Source of the DNA: Octopus vulgaris
Lineage: Eukaryota
Direction of reading: 5' to 3'
Assembly (NCBI GenBank): GCA_951406725.2
Contig: OX597818.1
Location: forward strand, 6,758,001 to 6,822,000
DNA length: 64,000 nucleotides
The position numbers and the translations under genes were made by a program. Position 1 is the first letter of the stretch, and each line of letters opens with the position of its first letter. This document shows positions 58,524 through 64,000 of the stretch, in pieces. The notes below the pieces were generated by a model. It ran no database searches, was not told the DNA's origin, and saw nothing but the letters and a program-made list of their open reading frames with translations.

Positions 58524-58803
58524 TGATTGGAAGTGTTATAATGTACATTGTTAAACGAAACACCCATTTTTACAGAGGTGAATTATCCAAACTCCAAAGA
58601 ATCCCTCGCGACACGTGGCTATAATGCTCTCCTACTACTTCTGCTCGTGATCACAAATGCACATATCGTCAGCCACTAAGAGACATACTCAACTGGTTAA
58701 GGTCAAACAGCTGAGAAGCAAATTTGTGGTACTGAGCAGAATATTTGTGTAGTCCATTTTTTATACCAAGACTAAACAATGTACATGATAACACTTCTAA
58801 TCA
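58524..58803. mobile_element. MITE-like element with ~29-bp inverted repeats
   Basis: TGATTGGAAGTGTTATAATGTACATTGTT and AACAATGTACATGATAACACTTCTAATCA; non-coding; lies between (TAA)n tracts. Confidence 0.55.
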
Positions 58804-58844
58804 GTTAAAATCAAAAGGCATGTGAGCTTTTATTATTATTATTA

Positions 58845-58892
<48 letters not shown>

Positions 58893-58893
<1 letters not shown>

Positions 58894-60722
58894 GTTTTTT
58901 CCTTCTTTCTTCAAATTTTCTTCCGCTTCTCGCCGAGTGTTTTCCATACAAATAGAGCAGAGAAGCTCATTGTATGCATTCCCAGATTACACACGCAAAT
59001 TCACAGATATAATATGTATTTAAAAATTAATAAATAAATAAATTCATGGATGGATGTTGTTTTCACAGCGATAATGCTCTTCTCAGTACATGAGCCGTTC
59101 TAGTTAATACGAATTTTTGCACTTCCTGTAGGGATGGTAAGCCTGGAATCATTTTCAAAAAGGTTTCAGTACCTTTTTTTTTATCATTCCTAGAGATCCT
59201 ACAATCACTGGTAGTGTAGTCGCTTTGAGATGCCACATTTTTTCAATTTCTATTTACTAATCTTGTCAAATTCTTTCGCCGCTATATTGTAATCGCAAGG
59301 GATACTCATGTCAATTAATAAACACATCTTTTTTGTCCGATCTTTTATAATAATATCCGGTTTATTAGCTTTTATAGTCTTGTCGGTCTGTACGGGGAAG
59401 TCCCATAGAATCGACACATTTTCTCCCTTAGTCACAGCTTCAGGATGGTGTTTATACCATTTGTCAGCGGTTTTGATTTTATAATACCGACATATTGTCC
59501 AATGTAAATACTGGCCGACTCTGTCATGTCTTGCTTTATATTCTGCAGGTGTTAAGACTCTACACCCTGAGATTAGGTGGTCTATTGCTTCAATCTCATC
59601 GTTACAGAATCGGCATTTTGGGTCAGCTCCATTTTTTTTTATCACATTGGTTTGGTAGTTCCGGGTTAATAAGCTTTGGACTTGAGCAGCTAATATGAAA
59701 CCTTCACTCTCTGCTTTTAGCTCTGAGCTTCGTAACCATTGGTGCGTGTGTTTCTGGTCGACATCAGCTTGGTTGCTACGGGTCATATACTTGCCATGGA
59801 GAGGTTTCTGTTCTCATCTGCTAGCTAAATTTCCATATGCTTTTTTCTTTGCAATTAATTTTATTTTCTTTGCAGCTGCAGTTGGCGCATTTCCTTCAGC
59901 CTGATCAATCTGGTGGGTATCTAAGAGATCAGCAGCGAATTTCTTGCTCTCTTTGAGAATAGAGTGAAGTCTTTTCAGTCTTTCATGTTTTTCAACAAGT
60001 TTTAGCATTCAATCGTTGGTTGCTTGAAGGTATTTGACCAGTCCGATTGTGGTAGTTGTGTATGTAAGTTCAAGCTGGATCAAACCTCGACCTTCCTGAG
60101 CTCTGGGAAGGTAAAGGCGATCCACGTCTGCCTTTGGATGTTGCATCTTATTACAAGTCAGTAGCTTGCGGATTTTTCTGTCAATTTTCATTATTTCACT
60201 GGTATTCCAGTTAAGCACATTGAAGTTATTAAGAAAAACTGGTACTGCTAAGGAATTTGAGGCTAACACCTTATTATATGCATTCAGGACTGCTCGAACT
60301 CTTCTATAACATTCCTTCCTAACCTTCTCTTTCATGCTTGCATGCTAGATACCAGGGCCTTAATTTTTCCTAGGTATTTATAGGTTTGTTCCTGCTCAAG
60401 TTCCTTTATTACTGTTTCGACATCTAATTCGATTGAACTAGACTTTACCAATTTCCCTTTCTTAAAAGTGGCTTTGGCACACTTTTCAAGGCCAAATTCC
60501 ATCCCGATATCATCACTGAATCCTTTCACGGTATGTAATAATCCTTCAAGCTCTTCATCATTTTTGTCATATAGCTTTAAATTATCCATATAAAATAGAT
60601 GGCTTATTTTCCTGTTATCAATTTTGTAGCCATATCCTTTTCTATTCAGTTCGTTTGAGAGTAGTATTAGTGCTATGCAGAAAATTAGTGGTGAAAGTGA
60701 GTCACCTTGGAAAATTCCTAGT
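58893..60722 (-). mobile_element. 5'-truncated R4/Dong-like LINE (RT C-half, CCHC knuckle, RLE)
   Basis: GIFQGDSLSP, FYMDNLKL, FGLEKCAK, HPKADVDRLYLPR..GRGL, CRFC..DHLISGC, RHDRV, ILWDF..KPDIII..IDMSIP..K. Bounded by (TTA)n and (TTG)n/(TTA)n tracts. Confidence 0.92.
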
Positions 60723-60728
60723 TAACGA

Positions 60729-60991
<263 letters not shown>

Positions 60992-61019
60992 TAATTTTAT
61001 TCAGTAATTTTATTTTTAT

Positions 61020-62680
61020 CAAGTGCTGTCAATGCAATACAGAGCGCAGTTCTGTGTGCCCTGGATATGTGCTGTGTTCCTTGTGGTGCTCCTATTTTCA
61101 CTGTATTGAAAGTGTTTTGCGGTGTCTAGTAGTGTTATTTTCTGTATGTTGTATATACTTGTAATTCCTGGCGTTTTTGTTATGTATATCTGTCACAAGT
61201 TTTTTTTCATACCTAATTGTTTTTGTTTTTAGACTCTACATTTCAGTTACCTATATTTTGAAATTTACTCCATTTCTTTAAGGGAAACATTGCCATCTGT
61301 TGGTATTGATACATCGATTAGAAATAATTTTTTTCTTGGTGATCTCTGGCAACTATATCTGGTATATTGGCCTTTACTTCTCTATCTGTGTGTATTGGCA
61401 TATATGCTTTATCACTTCTGTAGCCTTTTCTGGCGTGTGCCTACACCATCGTTTTTCTGTTGTTATTGCATAGTGTTGGCATATATTCCAGTGTATATAT
61501 GCCCCAACTCTATCATGTCTGAATATATTCCATCTTCGCCTGGACTGGAAAGCCAGACACAGTATGAGTTACATTCTGCAGTTACTCCATCATATTCTGC
61601 AGCTACTTGTATTTCTTTTCATTGCGTATTTTTGGTTGTTTCAAGTGCGAAAGTTCTGGTCTTGTGCCGCAACTAAAGATTTCATTTCTGTTTAGCTTAA
61701 ACAAATATTTGCCATGTACGAGCTCTGACAATTATTGGTACTACTGTTACCTTTTTCATCGACCACAATTGCTTAACTTCCGAAGCTAACCTGTCATGTC
61801 TCTCGAATTTCCTTTGTTCCCTATCGCATACCTTGTTCTCAGCTGGGCATGCTATATCTGATCGAGTATAGTTTGATTTCTTTCTCAATTAAGACTATTT
61901 CTGGCTTCCTATTCTCTATTTCATGGTCGCACTGAATCATAAAATCCCATAGGATCTATGGATTCTTATTTTCGATGATGTCTTCGGGTTTGTGGTCGTA
62001 CCAATTTTTGCTCTATCAAGTCCATACTTGTTGCAAGTATCTAGGGTACCCACAATAACAGAAACAGTTCTCGCTTCCAGATGACACATTTTTTGCATTT
62101 CAATTTCCAGTGCTTGACCTTTACTTAATTTGACAAATTCGTTTACAGATATGTTTTTATCAGTCGGAATACTTACATCTATTAGTCGACAAGTATTTCC
62201 TTCTCTGTTTTTAATGACTATGTCTGGTTTATTATACTGGATCGTTCTGTCGGTGCTGAATAGAAAATCCCAGAGAATAGTGACATTTTTACCTTTAACG
62301 ACTGGCTCGAGATGATGTTGACACCACTAAGCAGGAGTGCTGATTTTGTAGTGTTTACGTATTTTCCAACGTAAGCACCATCCTACCCTATCGTGGCGAT
62401 TTTTGTATTCGTTTGGTGTCAGCACAGATCATTCCGAGACGAGAAGGTCTATTCTTTCATCAAATATATCGCAGAATCTGCATTTAGGCTCAGAACCATT
62501 CTGAAGAAATTTAGCCTGGTAGTTTTTGTGAGCAAGCTTTCTATATTGTGCCGCTAGTATGAAATTTTCAGTAACTACTTTCAGTCTTGTGTTTCTCAAC
62601 CATTAATGGGTTGTTGCTTGGTCTACATCAGCATTTCAGCTTCGAAGTATATATTGTCCATGCAGAGGCTTCTGACTCCA
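61020..62680 (-). mobile_element. Three stacked 3' fragments of R4/Dong-like LINEs (~61020-61660, 61680-62040, 62040-62680)
   Basis: Each has a WD..PDI..ID-type RLE region, e.g. RPDIVARD..LIDVSIP, DIACPAENKV, ILWDF..PDIVIKN..LIDVSIP. Confidence 0.75.
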
Positions 62681-63056
62681 CTGCTCCTCAATTTGTTTCT
62701 GCCCATCCTTTTTGCAGTCCGTTTGATCCGTTCTGTAATTTTCTTGAGAGTGGTTACAGGTTCTTCATCTAATTCAGGGTTTCCTTCATCATCCTTCAGA
62801 AACCCAAGCACCAGATATTCAAGAACCATTTGAAAAGGATGGCCTAGTCGACCACAAGAAAATTCTAATTAGGCTTCACCTGCAAGGTTGTGCGCTGTTT
62901 GTCTTGATCTGAGGTCACCATGTTGTGCACACATGGTTGTGATGTATGTGCCATGCGTGCCCTTGCCAGACGGTTAGTTGTTGTGGGTTTATCAGAGATT
63001 GTATATTTATGATGATGATGATGATGATTATTATTATGATGATAATAATAATAATA

Positions 63057-63113
<57 letters not shown>

Positions 63114-63149
63114 TTAATAATAATAAATAAAAAATTAATTAATTAATAT

Positions 63150-64000
63150 ATAGAGAAGACACCGGCGACGTTTAACAGAGAAGACTTCGGAGACGCTTAA
63201 CAGAAGACACCGGGGACGTTTAACAGGAAGACACCGGAGCCATTTAACATGTGAGAGCAATAAAACACTGCTCCGAAATCTATTCAAAACCATCGGGAAT
63301 AAAGACATCACATGAAGTCAAAGACAGTTGACGAAGGGTTAGACTATATTCTGAGTAAGTCATACTCATTGAAATTTATTTCTATTTTCCAAATGAAATG
63401 ATGTATTTTAACTGGATATCATCTCCACTGCTCGCACATCACATATAAACACGCTCGACACATTAATATCAATTACCACCAAATCATCTCTATCCCAAAA
63501 CATCATGTACGAAAAATTATAAATTAATTAATTAATACCGGTATTATTCAACCCAAGAATATCAATCAGGATGTACGATTGTTACGCGAAACAAACTACA
63601 CGTGAAAAACAATTCAACACCAGAAATGAACGGACCGGTACCCTACGAAAATGATGACCGTCGGAATAAAGGGCCGGATGTTGTTCCTCATATCCCGCAA
63701 ATAAAACCAAAAAAGCATAAATTGACACGTGAGGAATATTTCAATCCTACACGCTTATTTTACAGCAGTGATCTACCCGAAGAACGAAAACACCTCAACA
63801 TATACTTATAAAATCTGGAAGAAAAATAACCAAAATAAACACTTCGATATAACAATGAACCCTAATAAACTAGCTAACATACGAAGATATATACTCAAAA
63901 GAAAGAAAAATATTAGAAATAGAAATAGAACATTTAAAAGGAAAAATACATGAAGAAAATGTACAGAGTAGCCGCATAACAACGCCAAAAAATATAAGCA
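63150..64000 (+). mobile_element. Probable 5' end of an R4/Dong-like LINE (5' UTR and disrupted ORF start), continuing past the window
   Basis: Begins right after (TAA)n. ORF pieces KHKLTREEY and TYKIWKK..MNPNKLANIRRYILK resemble N-termini of this group (recalled similarity, not searched). Confidence 0.55.
63152..63248 (+). repeat. Four ~24-bp tandem units (GAAGACACCGG.GACGTTTAAC)
   Basis: Read directly. Confidence 0.85.

Noticed and set aside
58610-58680. Minus-strand CUGACGA...GAAG in the MITE-like element
   Set aside because: GAAG replaces GAAA and no valid cleavage triplet lines up with the GUGG/CCAC stem.
63152-63248. CRISPR-like array (also considered for 41946-42290)
   Set aside because: Eukaryotic context, no unique spacers of regular length and no cas genes.

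Overview
AT-rich eukaryotic (metazoan) non-coding DNA, most likely octopus/cephalopod. This is inferred from the tRNA-derived SINE families, the very high (TA)n/(TG)n/(TAA)n density and a TTAGGG-type repeat. No host protein-coding gene can be supported; most of the supplied ORFs are microsatellite translations or transposon debris. The window holds decayed mariner and Tc1 DNA transposons, Penelope-like elements (an RT fragment with YIDD and a GIY-YIG endonuclease ORF), restriction-like-endonuclease LINEs (R4/Dong-like and a long Hero-like copy), Tx1 and RTE remnants, and many SINEs. The main signal not shown by the ORF track is about 16 type I hammerhead-ribozyme motifs from roughly a dozen dissimilar short non-coding elements, mostly flanked by (TA)n. 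They include tandem arrays of 445, 399 and 481 bp units that look like retrozymes or Penelope pseudo-LTRs, and most families carry a different palindromic stem III. One array copy has lost exactly its ribozyme, and one element encloses a telomeric (CCCTAA)n tract between inverted arms. All folds were paired by eye; none has been tested for activity.
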